This document shows, one piece after another, positions 28,228-39,825 of a stretch of DNA of 64,000 nucleotides. The DNA is from Octopus sinensis (Eukaryota). The translations under genes and the position numbers were made by a program. Below the pieces are notes generated by a model. That model searched no databases. It had not been told where the DNA came from and saw nothing but the letters and a program-made list of their open reading frames with translations. Location of the stretch: the NCBI RefSeq assembly GCF_006345805.1, contig NC_043015.1, positions 53,692,001 through 53,756,000 of the forward strand. Direction: 5' to 3'. The stretch's first letter is position 1, and each line of letters opens with the position of its first letter.

Positions 28228-28540
28228 ATATGTATGTATGTATGTATGTATGTGTGGTAAGTAGCTTCCTATATATATTACACACAGACATACACACAGT
28301 ACGTGTAATACACTCTGATCGACCGTGGCTTGACGGTTATACTGTTGAAGTTTACGATCATGAGTTCGTGGTTTCGATTCTTAGACGAGTTGTTGGGTTG
28401 TGTCCTACAATGAAGTACTTCATTTCAAAATGATCTTGCCCCTTCGCTAAGCTTTTGGAGTACTACCGGTTTAGCAGAGCAGTTCGGGATGTTAGGATCT
28501 TGTAACGCATCTTGTTTAAGTAGGATATATATATAATAAT

Positions 28541-28690
28541 ATCGAAAAATACTTTAGGAATGAGAACCCAGTTTTAAAAATTTCTCCTAGACACCTGATG
28601 AAGCCTGGAGCGTATATCAGCCGAAACGTTGTGTTAAAAACAAACAAGATGAGGACAAGTATCCGTCAAATGTAAATAATGTAAATAATG
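28541..28690 (+). mobile_element. Headless F1 copy with hammerhead motif (28591-28634)
   Basis: ACAC CTGATGA a gcctg gagcgtatat cagcc GAAAC GTT GTGT (one stem II mismatch), then tail with tgtaaataa repeats. Confidence 0.85.
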
Positions 28691-28720
28691 TTCAGTTTTA
28701 CCTAATTCCTTTTTGGATAG

Positions 28721-28908
28721 GCTGGAAAAATGTCACTGGAAAAATGGTGGAAAAATTTATCCTTTTTGGTGCAGATATCATCAAAGTTGGAATTGGATCT
28801 GACTCAGTGTGTACCATTAGAAAGTAAACTGGCTTTGGCTATCCCCAGCTTAGTGCAGTTATTGAATGTGCTGATTCTGCCCATGGTCTTGGAGGGCATA
28901 TTATTTCA
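28721..28908 (+). pseudogene. GMPR: Isolated, inactivated GMP reductase exon
   Basis: Bounded by ag| (28719-20) and |gtgagt (28909). Translates AGK/[58 protein letters not shown] versus [64 protein letters not shown]. 188 nt (1-nt deletion near 28727-31), TAA at 28825-27. Confidence 0.92.
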
Positions 28909-30063
28909 GTGAGTCTGTTATTTGAATAAATTTATGCATGTCATTATTCACTAAAAGTATAATGTAGTACGTACATAACATAACTGTATTTCGGCAACCC
29001 TGGAAGGAGAAGGAAAGATGGAGTTTAATGTACATTATAATTTCAAATTTTGACACAGGGCTAGTAGTTTCTGATGGTTGGGGAAGTCGATTATTTCGAC
29101 CCCAGTATCTGATTGGTTCTTATTCTCGTCAATCACGAAAATATGAAAAGCCAAATCGACCTCGCTGGAATTTGAACTCAGAACATACAGCCGGAAGAAA
29201 GGCTACAAAGCATTTCATCCATTGTGCTAACGACTCTGCCAAGCTCACCGCCTTTAGCTCCAGTAATACGCTGGATACGGATTCTCAATTTAATAAACTG
29301 TAATAAACTGTAACGCAAGCCCACAGCTGTATAGAAGCATTGCCCTAGATTTTTTCAAAAATCAATATTTCAAAAGTACATCTCACCGAAAATATTCCAA
29401 TCGTAGAGAATTCCCGGTATCGGCGGTTTTATTGACAAGCTATGTTCCTCAAGGGATATATTCAAAATAATCAAATATTTTTGGCAAATATTTCTATATC
29501 TTATATCTATATCTATATCTGTACCTGAAACAACAACCTTCATATTTTCAAATTCTGAAGCTTCAAACGTTTTCTTATTAATAAATCCACAATGACAGAT
29601 CTGATAACAAACATCCACTTGAATTTGTCAAGCTTAACTTAGCTTACGGCATAGCGAATTCCGTTCTGTATTATCTAGAGATAGTGAATTCTCTCGTTAG
29701 CGTTTAAATAAAAACAAATAATTTGGACATAAGGCTATATAAACATTTAAAACTAAATAACTTCTTTTCCACATTGTTTAATATGTTCATTTGAATATCT
29801 ATAAATGTAAGTCATCAGGTCAAATATCGATTGTTTGTAATGACATATATATTTCTGAAATACATACGTATATAATATATATATATATATATATAAACAA
29901 AGATAAATGCGATACAATAAAATTAATTATAATCGCCGGTGTACCAGTACACGCCATATATTATACATATATCATTACATTCAAGGCGAAGAGTGTACTA
30001 GATACACAATAGCTGGATAAATTTCGTGAGATGAGATTTAAAAACTTTTACAAACTTAACTTT

Positions 30064-30136
30064 TCTTAAACTGCAGTTTCGCCAAATTCAGTAATAAAAA
30101 TAGTATTTATTTACCCAGGCTGGCTCATCAGTAAGA
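30064..30136 (-). ncRNA. Type I hammerhead ribozyme, extended stem II
   Basis: TCTTA CTGATGA GCCA-(36 nt)-TGGC GAAAC TGCA GT T TAAGA: 5-bp stem I, intact core, palindromic stem III ACTGCAGT, GUU cleavage between 30069 and 30068. Confidence 0.88.
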
Positions 30137-30466
30137 TTCCTGTTAATGATGGAAAGACCATACCAATAGATCCATGTGCTTCTATCGAAATGCTCTTTCT
30201 AAAACTATTCAAAACACTGCGCAGACTCCGAACAAACCCGACAAAATAGGGGATTGTGGTATATCGTCTAACGGTCAGAAATTTATCGAGAGAATATGTA
30301 AACAAAGATAAATGCGATACAATAAATTAATATAATCGCCGGTGTACCAGTACACGCCATATATTATACATATATCATTACATTCAAGGCGAAGAGTGTA
30401 CTAGATACACAATAGCTGGATAAATTTCGTGAGATGAGATTTAAAAACTTTTACAAACTTAACTTT

Positions 30467-30539
30467 TCTTAAACTGCAGTTTCGCCAAATTCAGTAATAA
30501 AAATAGTATTTATTTACCCAGGCTGGCTCATCAGTAAGA
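30467..30539 (-). ncRNA. Second identical type I hammerhead ribozyme
   Basis: Same 73-nt sequence as 30064-30136, offset by 403 nt. Confidence 0.88.
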
Positions 30540-30606
30540 TTCCTGTTAATGATGGAAAGACCATACCAATAGATCCATGTGCTTCATACCAATAGATCCA
30601 TGTGAT

Positions 30607-30657
<51 letters not shown>

Positions 30658-30822
30658 CATCCATATATAAATATATATATATATATAAATACATCCATAT
30701 ATATATAAATATATGTATATATATCTATAAATATATATATATATATATCTATATATCTATATATCTGTAGGTATGTATTGTATATATATATATATATATC
30801 TGTAGGTATATATATATATATG

Positions 30823-30918
<96 letters not shown>

Positions 30919-30955
30919 TATGTATATGTATATATATAATATGTATATATATATG

Positions 30956-30997
<42 letters not shown>

Positions 30998-32714
30998 CAT
31001 ATATGTATATACATATATATATATGTATATATGCATGTATCTATCTATCTATCAATATATCAATCTATTTAGCTGGCTAGCTATCCATTTATTCGCTCAG
31101 TAGTGTAATTGCTACGAAATAACCAACACTTGCGTATTAATACTTGGGTATTCTACCAGCAGTATATTGAATAGATGCTATCCCTTAGAGGGCTGGATTC
31201 ACAACCTCTAACTCCCTTGGAATTATATATGTATGTATATATTCTTTTATTCGTTTCAGTCATTTGACTGCGGCCATGCAGAAGCACCGCCTTTAACCGA
31301 GCAAATCGACCCCAAGACTTATTGTTTCTAAGCCTAATGCTTACTCTATCGTTTTCTTTTGCCGAACCGCTAAGTTATGGGACGTAAACACAACAAACAC
31401 ACACACGCGCGCACATAAATAGATATATATACGACGACCTTCTTTCAGTTTCCGTCTACCAAATCCACTTACAAGGCTTTGGTGGGCTCGAGGATCTAGA
31501 AGAAGACACTTGCCGATGGTGCCAAGCAATGGGACATATATATACATGCACATATGGGTACGTGCAAATAACATAAATACTTAAGCAACGAGAAAAAAAA
31601 GGGAAACAGGACAAATAAACAGAGAGAAAGGATCCTTCATCAGTTGTCGGCTGTCTATCTACTCCTCATTTCGAGCATGCCCCACGATGGCCGCAGTCTG
31701 ATGACTAAAATAAGTAAAATATAAATGTTATATATCATAGGGAAGTTGTTAGTGTAAATCCAACAACTCTGGTCGAAAGTGTTCGAAACATGACCTCCCC
31801 ACTTCCTGTGTGATTTGAGAGATATTTGGTTCTTATTTCTAGCAGTTAAAGTCCCTTAAAGGGTCAGTCACTCAGTTTCTGAATTATCTCTTTTTCTCTT
31901 GTACCTTTTATTAACTTTAGTCATTAGATTGCGACCACGCTGGAGCAACCCCGCCTCTTTGATGCATTGCTGTCAGGCTGGATTCCCCTCACTTTGACGG
32001 AAATAGTCGAAGAAATTGACCCAGGTGTTTATTTTAAAGACTAATTCGTATTTTGAAAACCGCTAAATATTTTCAAGACTAGAACTTATTCGATCGATTG
32101 TTACGCCGAACCGCTAGGTTATTGGATTATAAATAAATCAAGACGGGTTGTCATGCGATGGGGAGAGACAAAAACAAACACGAAAACATACAAGCACAAT
32201 GCACTCACACACACACACGCACACATGCACTCACGTGCACACACACGCACACATGCACTCACGTGCACACACACGTACGTGAACACACATATAGACACAC
32301 TCGCAGTCACACACACACGCACACATGCACACACATTCACACACATACGCACACATGCACACACATGCATTCACATACACAAACACGCACACATGTACAC
32401 ACATAGATTCACATATATTCACACACACAGATACGTTCACACACACATAAAACGACTGCCATCCACACATTTTCCGTCTGAGAAATTACATCAGAAGACA
32501 ATGGTCGGGAATTACCCACCCGGAGCATTTGGTCCGAGGTGCTGCGCTGGTCGCAGTGAGGCTAAACCCAAATCCACTCTGCAAAGTGAATTTCTTAATC
32601 ACGCGGCCATGTCTGCATATAGAATAAATTGTTTAAATATTTTACCAAAACCCGGATTCTAAACACTTTGAAAGATCAATAAATATGCTTTGAATCATTA
32701 ATTGCAGTTCAAAT

Positions 32715-32842
32715 GCTACCGACTTTAGATGCTGCCGAGGTCAAATGCCATCGAGGTCAAATGCCCCTGGACTCAAATGCTGCCGAAGTCAAATACTTCT
32801 AAGGTCAAATGCCACCGAGGTCAAATGCCTCTGAGGTCAAAT
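32715..32842 (+). repeat. 16-bp minisatellite, 8 units, consensus gcYNcYgaggtcaaat, embedded in a SINE A remnant
   Basis: Units start at 32715, 32731, 32747, 32763, 32779, 32795, 32811 and 32827; preceded by gttcaaat and followed by aactttgtctttcatc (SINE A core). Confidence 0.85.
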
Positions 32843-34135
32843 GTCGCTAATATTAACTTTGTCTTTCATCGTTCAGGTTTCTATTATATAATGTACCAGT
32901 TACGTACTGTAGTATACTATTTGTCTGTTTCTGTGACTTGGAACCGGTTACTTTGCGTGGTGGAACTGAATCCGATCTTTCCCTAAATATGAAGAATTTA
33001 TGTGAAAGGATAGAATCCTATTTTCACAGATAAAAAAAAAAGTCTTCGAAAACACAAAAAAGGAAGACAAAGCCTGAATGGAACTCATTTAACAAAATAA
33101 AAGAGGAATCTGAAAAGCGTGAGTGCATAAGAGTTTATCGTTTAACAAAATCGCCCTTAACAAGACTGAACATCGATATATGATTGAACCAGACGTGGCC
33201 AGAAGTTGCATTTCACGGTAAATTAATTACTATGACGTGATACGTGACACATACACTCACCCGCACATACGCACACGCACACACATACATTGACACACGC
33301 TCACACTCACACACGCACACATTCAAACACATATATTGGCACACACATACACTCTGACAAACATACGCACACATATATTCACACACACACGATCACATGC
33401 ACACACACAAACACGCGCACAAGCCCACATACATTCACACACGCACACACTCACACACGCACACATGCACACACACATATATTGACACACGCACATACAC
33501 GCACATACACTCACACACACACGCACACATATATTCACAAACTCAAGCATTCACACACAGTCACACAATCGCACCCACACGCGCACATGCACAACATACA
33601 TTCACACACGCACACATGCACACACATATATTGACATACGCACATTCACACATGCACACACATGCACACACACGCACACATGTACACTCACACACAACAC
33701 GTGCACATGCATACATACATTCACACACACACACATGCACACATACATTCACAGACGCACATTCACATACATACAGTCACAAACACACGCACACATACAT
33801 TCACACACACACAGACACACACACACTCGCACACGTACACATACACACACGCACATGCATACATACAGTCACACACACACATACGACTTCATTAGTGTAA
33901 CAAATGAATACAATCAAAATTAATTTCCATTTTGGGACAATCAAATTCTTGACCAGTCAACAATTCTTGCGTGTAACATGATATTCTTTTATTCTTTGAC
34001 TTGCTTCAGTTATTAGACTGCGGCCATGCTGGGGCACCGCGTTGAAGAATTTTTGTTCAACGTATCGGTCCCAGTATTTATTTAGCTAAGCTTGGTACAT
34101 ATTCTATCGGTCTCTTTTGCGGAACGCTAGATTAC

Positions 34136-34485
34136 AGGGAAAAATAATGGAGGGTCTTGTCCCAAACTTTGGCATTCAAAGTTACCCCAACCGCAGAACG
34201 AGGCGCTACTGCATGGTGCCAAGGATTCCAACATCACCATCAAAATTCAGGACCAGATGCTGCAACAGCTTGGATTTCAGAGGACCACAGCTTTTCAACA
34301 TCCTCCCTGAATGCCTGAGAGACCTGCATGGTGTGGATGTGGGTTTCTTTAAAACTAAACTGGATTTCTTCTTGTCGGGGGTCCCAGATGAACCCGTCTC
34401 TCGGCAGGAAACACAGATGCGGGCAGCAGCATCGAACTCCCTTGTTGATCAAGTGCCACGTATCAGAGGTGGTTTCACATACTAG
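34136..34485 (+). mobile_element. CR1/L2-group LINE 3' fragment (open frame) inserted into a SINE B remnant
   Basis: MEGLVPNFGIQSY...SLDFRGPQLFNILPECLRDLHGVDVGFFKTKLDFFLSGVPDEP...AAASNSLVDQV, the typical C-terminus of CR1/L2-type ORF2. Confidence 0.85.
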
Positions 34486-34709
34486 TGTAGCTCATTCAAC
34501 GGTAGTGCTCCAGCATGGCCGCAGCCTTCGGGCTGAAATATTTTTAAGGATTTAAGGATTTATACCAACACATGTTCCCAGACAAATACATATATATACA
34601 TATGCATATATATGTATACATATGTATATATGTATGTGTATATATATATATATATTATATATATATATATATTATATATATATATATATATGTATATATA
34701 TACGTATAT

Positions 34710-34743
<34 letters not shown>

Positions 34744-34873
34744 AAACAAATAATTAAGGAATCACCCTGAGAAGGTCGTTCGACTCACTTGAAAAGAGCA
34801 GCTAAACTCAAAACCGCAAAAATAGTAGTAATTCTGAAACTAGAGGAGAAATAAAAACATTTATCCCCTTCAA

Positions 34874-34970
34874 ACTTTGTACCCTGCAAGGTTTCAACAT
34901 CTTTCACGCAATCAAATTTAATTAAATTAAATTAAATCCGTTTACGCTTGGCTTGTCTCGTCAGCAAAGT
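34874..34970 (-). ncRNA. Type I hammerhead ribozyme with long AT-rich stem II insertion
   Basis: ACTTTG CTGACGA GACA-(54 nt)-TGTT GAA ACCT TGCA GGGT A CAAAGT: 6-bp stem I, intact core, TGCA-looped stem III, GUA cleavage between 34880 and 34879. Confidence 0.85.
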
Positions 34971-35435
34971 CACCAAAAGAGGAGGAAGATATATATACAC
35001 GAGGCTACACCATCTAAGCCTCGGGTCTATATATCCTAAATTTTCGAATTCACCGTAATCGCGCCATCTACTCCGCAGCAAATATAAACTGCTGATACAA
35101 ATTTCAGAATTAGTCAAGAATTCATTAATTAATCAATATAAGGGTAACAAAAAATTCAAGAAAAATTTTCTGCAACCAGCGGTCAAGTGAGAAAATGGAG
35201 ATAGTCACAGACTATATAATATATTCAACAAATAATTAAGGAATGACCCTGAGAAGGTCATTCGACTCACTTGAAAAGAGCAGCTAAACTCAAAACCGCA
35301 AAAGTAGTAGTAATTCTGAAACTAGAGGAGAAATAAACACATTTATCCCCTTTTTTATTTCTCCTCTAGTTTCAGAATTACTACTATTTTTGCGGTTTTG
35401 AGTTTAGCTGCTCTTTGAGTTTAGCTGCTCTTGAG

Positions 35436-35528
35436 TTTGCTGACGAGACAAGCCAAGCGTAAACGGATTTAATTTAATTTAATTAAATTTGATTGCGTGA
35501 AAGATGTTGAAACCTTGCAGGGTACAAA
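35436..35528 (+). ncRNA. Inverted copy of the F3 hammerhead ribozyme
   Basis: TTTG CTGACGA GACA...TGTT GAAACCTTGCAGGGTA CAAA; cleavage after 35524. Confidence 0.82.
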
Positions 35529-35746
35529 GTTTGAAGGGGATAAATGTTTTTATTTGTCCTCTAGTTTCAGAATTACTGCTATTTTTGCGGTTTTGAGTTT
35601 AGCTGCTCTTTTCAAGTGAGTCGAACGACCTTCTCAGAGTCATTCCTTAATTATTTGTTGAATATATTAGATAGTCTGTGACTATATTTTCTCACTTGAC
35701 CGCTGGTTGCAGAAAATTTTTCTTGAATTTTTTGTTACCCTTATAT

Positions 35747-35780
<34 letters not shown>

Positions 35781-35853
35781 GCACGTATATATATATACGC
35801 ACGTATATGTATTCATATATATATATATATAGGTATATTTGTGTGTATACATA

Positions 35854-36260
35854 TCTATTATATAAAATCCGTTCTGTGTGTCTTTGTCTTCTAGGATCTC
35901 GGGCATCATCCATCCGATTGCGCTCAAATTTGATATGTAGATACCGACGGTATCAGGGCGAGTATAAGTCTTGAAAAAATTACAAAAATCAATTCCAGGT
36001 GAGAATGCGATCGATAAAGGCGTGGGGGCGTGCATTTGTACGCACAAGTACATCAGTTGTTGTGATCGATGCTACGCGTACGCGAGAAAAATGCACGTGC
36101 AGTTTGCGCAAAAAAAAGCCGGCTGGCTTGAAATAATGCCACAAAATGCAGTATATTTTAGAGACCAAAAAGTAAGATGCAAAAGAGATATTTTCTTCAA
36201 ACTTGACGTGAAGGAAGGAAAGAAGTTTTTTTTTTTTTGCCTGAACTTCGTTTAACAAAA
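35854..36260 (+). mobile_element. Possible non-autonomous Helitron 5' fragment
   Basis: A|TCtattatataaaatccgttctgtgtgtct start resembles Helitron 5' termini; no CTRR 3' end or terminal hairpin identified. Confidence 0.35.
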
Positions 36261-36813
36261 CCAAGGTTAAATCAGTGTTTCTCAAAGGGGAGGCCTATGG
36301 GACGGTCGGGCAAGCTGTTTTGAGAAAATTTGTTTTAAATGTCTGACAACTCAGCACAGTCCATTGGTCGGGGAGCGTTTTGCTCGTATGCTCTATTTTA
36401 CTCTTTTACTTGTTTCAGTCATTTCACTGTAGCCATGCTGGAGCACCGCCTTTAGTTGAGCAAATCGACCCCGGGACTTATTCTTTGTAAGCCCAGTCCT
36501 TATTCTACCAGTCTCTTTTGCCGAACCGCTAAGTGACGGGGACGTAAACACACCAGCATCGGTTGTCAAGCAATGCTAGGGGGACAAACACAGACACACA
36601 AACACACACATACATATACATATATATATACATATATACGACAGGCTTCCTTCAGTTTCCGTCTACCAAATCCACTCACAAGGCTTTGGTCGGTCCGGGG
36701 CTATAGCAGAAGGCACTTGCCAAAGATGCCACGCAGTGGGACTGAACCCGGAACCGTGTGGTTGGTTAGCAAGCTACTTACCACACAGCCACATACATAC
36801 ATACATACATACA

Positions 36814-36867
<54 letters not shown>

Positions 36868-36926
36868 AACGAGATGTCTTAAATCTCTCAGGAAAAGGTA
36901 TACAGTAACAGTACGGAATAGTAAAG

Positions 36927-37250
36927 TTTATTTGCTAACAGATTGCGGCGGTCCTATAAAGACGATGTGATGATGTTGCTGTTGTTTAAGCCCCAGGAAA
37001 ACATCTTTTCCAGCTGGCTACCGACACACAGTCTGTGTCCGTATAGTGTTTGAAGGGAGGTCATCGCTCCCATCTCCAGCCATGGTCTGTGAGTATGAAG
37101 TAATGGTGGCGATGGGAGCGATGACCTCCCTTCCAAACACTATACGGACACAGACTGTGTGTCGGTAGCCAGCTGGAAAAGATGTTTCTTGGGGCTTAAA
37201 CACCAGTAACATCGTCCTTTATAGGACCTCCACATCTGTTAGCAAATAAA
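36927..37250. mobile_element. Foldback / MITE with ~150-bp arms and a ~20-30-nt loop
   Basis: tttatttgctaacagat...ccagctggctaccgacacacagtctgtgtccgtatagtgtttgaagggaggtcatcgctcccatc mirrors gatgggagcgatgacctcccttccaaacactatacggacacagactgtgtgtcggtagccagctgg...atctgttagcaaataaa. Confidence 0.9.
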
Positions 37251-37684
37251 ATAGGCTATAGTAGAAGACACTTGCCCGAGGTGCCAAACCGCGAGCCTTA
37301 ATCCAGAACCATGTGGTTTCGAAGCAAACCTTTTAACACACAGCCACGCCTATGTTTTTTGTTATTGTAACTAAGGCTGTGAAGTGGGTTAGTCGTTAGG
37401 GAATCGGATAACATACGTTGCTGCATTTGAACCCGGCTCATTACTTTCTGAGTTGAATCCACGTCCGTGTCAGCATTGATTTTATTGAGAAAATTGACGT
37501 ATTAGGCACTATGATTATTTTAATCCGCTGATTACCGATCTGTGCCATACTACAATAGATTAGCATGTTTGAGTAACATCCCATAATTCGTCGTTGTCAC
37601 AGTCAATATCATGAATCTGTAACACCAGGTCCTACTGACAACAAAACATACGCGTAGTATCGTTCATTCATTAAGTACAAATTA

Positions 37685-37764
<80 letters not shown>

Positions 37765-38141
37765 GATAGTTACCGTAGTTACCATGGTCTTTTCCGTAGG
37801 CTTTTCTTTCCACAGATAAACCGCATCTATTTCCTCCTTTACACTTTATATCGTGACATTTCTGTGATACACAATCCCTATTGATCGATTTTTTTTGCTT
37901 TCCTCTTTCTCTTTCCCTTTTCTTTCCTTTTTGCTATCCCTTTTGATCGAAAATCTTACCCCCTTTTTTCTTCTCCCCAAAAAGAAAAGCTCTACCTTGT
38001 AATTTGTGCCGTCTGTGTGCAGCCCTGTGTGGCTAATAAAGAAACATATCTATCTATTTAACTATCTGTCTATCTATCTACTTACCTATCTACCTACCTA
38101 CCTACATAACTATCTATCTATCTATCTCTCTATCTATCTGG

Positions 38142-38181
<40 letters not shown>

Positions 38182-38402
38182 GGCTCTCTCTCTCTCCCTC
38201 TCTATCTATCTATCTATCTATCTATCTATCGCAATCTTTCTTTTCGTTTAATAAAGTTCAGACGCCACTCACAAGGGAGTGAGCCCTGATAGCTTGTACT
38301 AAGATTTTGTTGATAATCTTACGTTGCTGTGAATCTGCAACTTGATGGAGACACTCTCACGCTCCTCCTACTCTTAACCCAGAAGAATATCGAAGATGTG
38401 AT

Positions 38403-38458
<56 letters not shown>

Positions 38459-38730
38459 GTTGCACGGGAACTCGGCGATTAGTTATCTTCAGCTGGATGC
38501 AATGGAACTACACTAAAGGAAGGGCCTTGCTCAGAGGCACAACGCACTTCTCTGTCCTAAGGATTATGAGCTGAACACCTTAAGCGCCAAGTAATGTATC
38601 TTCACACAAGGCAAAGATGAAGTTGGCCTTACTATCGTAAATGTGATAAGAGAAATTAGAAGAGTCTTATTGTTTTGACAACCATTAACACATCATTAGA
38701 GATAAGATATTTATAGTATCCATATTTATA

Positions 38731-39085
38731 GTGGAGGCACAATGGCCCAGTGGTTAGGGCAGCGGACTCGCGGGCGAAGGATCGCCGTTTCGATTCCTAG
38801 ACAGACGTTGTGGGTGTTTCTTGAGTGAAAACTCTTAAAGCTCCACGAGGCTCCGGCTGTACTCTTTCATTACAACTTTCTCTCACTCTTTCTTCCTGTT
38901 TCTGTTGTACCTGTATTTCAAAAGGCCAGCCTTGTCACACTATGTCACGCTGAATCTCCCCCGAGAACTACGTTAAGAGTACACATGTCTGTGCAGTGCT
39001 CAGCCACTGGCACGTTAATTTCACGTGCAGGCTGTTTCGTTGATCGGATCAACTGCAACCATCGTCATCGTTACCCACGGAGGAC
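38731..39085 (+). mobile_element. tRNA-derived SINE, family D (tRNA-Arg-like head)
   Basis: gtggaggcacaatggcccagtggttagggcagcggactcgcgg...tttcgattcc (A/B-box-like, TCG at the anticodon-like position); related fragments at ~28310-28430 and ~49200-49290. Confidence 0.7.
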
Positions 39086-39825
39086 CACAACATATTTATA
39101 GTAGGAATGAAACTTTTACAGTATATATATTGGGTTGTCATAATCAGTAGAGCATCTGACAAAATACATTTGTGTTTAGTTACGATGTTTCTTTTGAGTT
39201 CGAATCCTGCTGTATTAGGATTTGCATGTCTTTCTTGCGGGGTCAACGAAATATATAACCGTTAAGTATTGAAGTCAACTTAATGGACTGGATCCTCTCC
39301 AAAATGTTCGGCCGTTTTGCCTGTAGATGGAATCGGTATTTCTATCGGCGCAGCATTGGTGAGATTGGGAGACAAAATGTCTTGTAATAAATAGATTCGT
39401 CCAATTATCTTCTGAGTTCGGATCCCGCCATGGTAGCTATTGCATTTCAGCGTTTCTGTGGCCATTAAGATATTATGATATTTTATATTCAAATTCTGAG
39501 GTCGATAATTCGACCGCACTGATTCATTACCCACTGAAATATGGCAATCAGTATTTACATCTTTATTACGTATCGATCTGTAATGCGCTTGGATCGATTT
39601 CATCTCCGATTGTGACACTCTGGAGAAAAGAAAGACTTGTTGTTGACTGTGGGAGATCAGTCCGTTTAAAATGTAATTAATTAATATTAATCAAATCTAT
39701 TAACCGAAGTTATGGCCGTGCTACTTGGAATGAGTAAACATAAGTCTGATAGGGAATAAAATATTTAATCAATAATCGTTAATCCGCTAAAATATTTCTT
39801 GTTTCACTTATGGCTATTTGGGATG

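Larger units (their letters stand above)
29895..30604 (-). mobile_element. Retrozyme-like tandem unit (period 403-405 nt) with two type I HHRs (family F2)
   Basis: 29895-30182 is repeated almost exactly at 30300-30585; each copy contains an HHR; both ends abut (TA)n. Confidence 0.8.
34745..35750. mobile_element. HHR-containing 482-nt unit arranged as tandem plus inverted copies (family F3)
   Basis: 34745-34870 recurs at 35227-35350; 35436-35750 is an inverted copy running across the unit junction; short inverted and duplicated fragments at 35351-35431; (TA)n on both flanks. Confidence 0.82.

Noticed and set aside
28721-28908. Functional GMPR exon rescued by cephalopod A-to-I editing (genomic K where orthologues have E), or IMPDH identity
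   Set aside because: Editing cannot repair the 1-nt deletion or restore Lys from TAA; [17 protein letters not shown] and HIIS are GMPR-type rather than IMPDH-type.
29895-30585. Assembly artefact explanation for the 290-bp duplication
   Set aside because: Not fully excluded, but the copies differ by two indels, each contains a canonical HHR, and the period fits retrozyme monomers.
31625-31660. Minus-strand ctgatgaagg motif
   Set aside because: No matching stem II closure or GAAA downstream.
32715-32842. CRISPR-like repeat/spacer appearance
   Set aside because: 16-nt period with no true spacers, SINE-derived unit, eukaryotic context and no cas genes.
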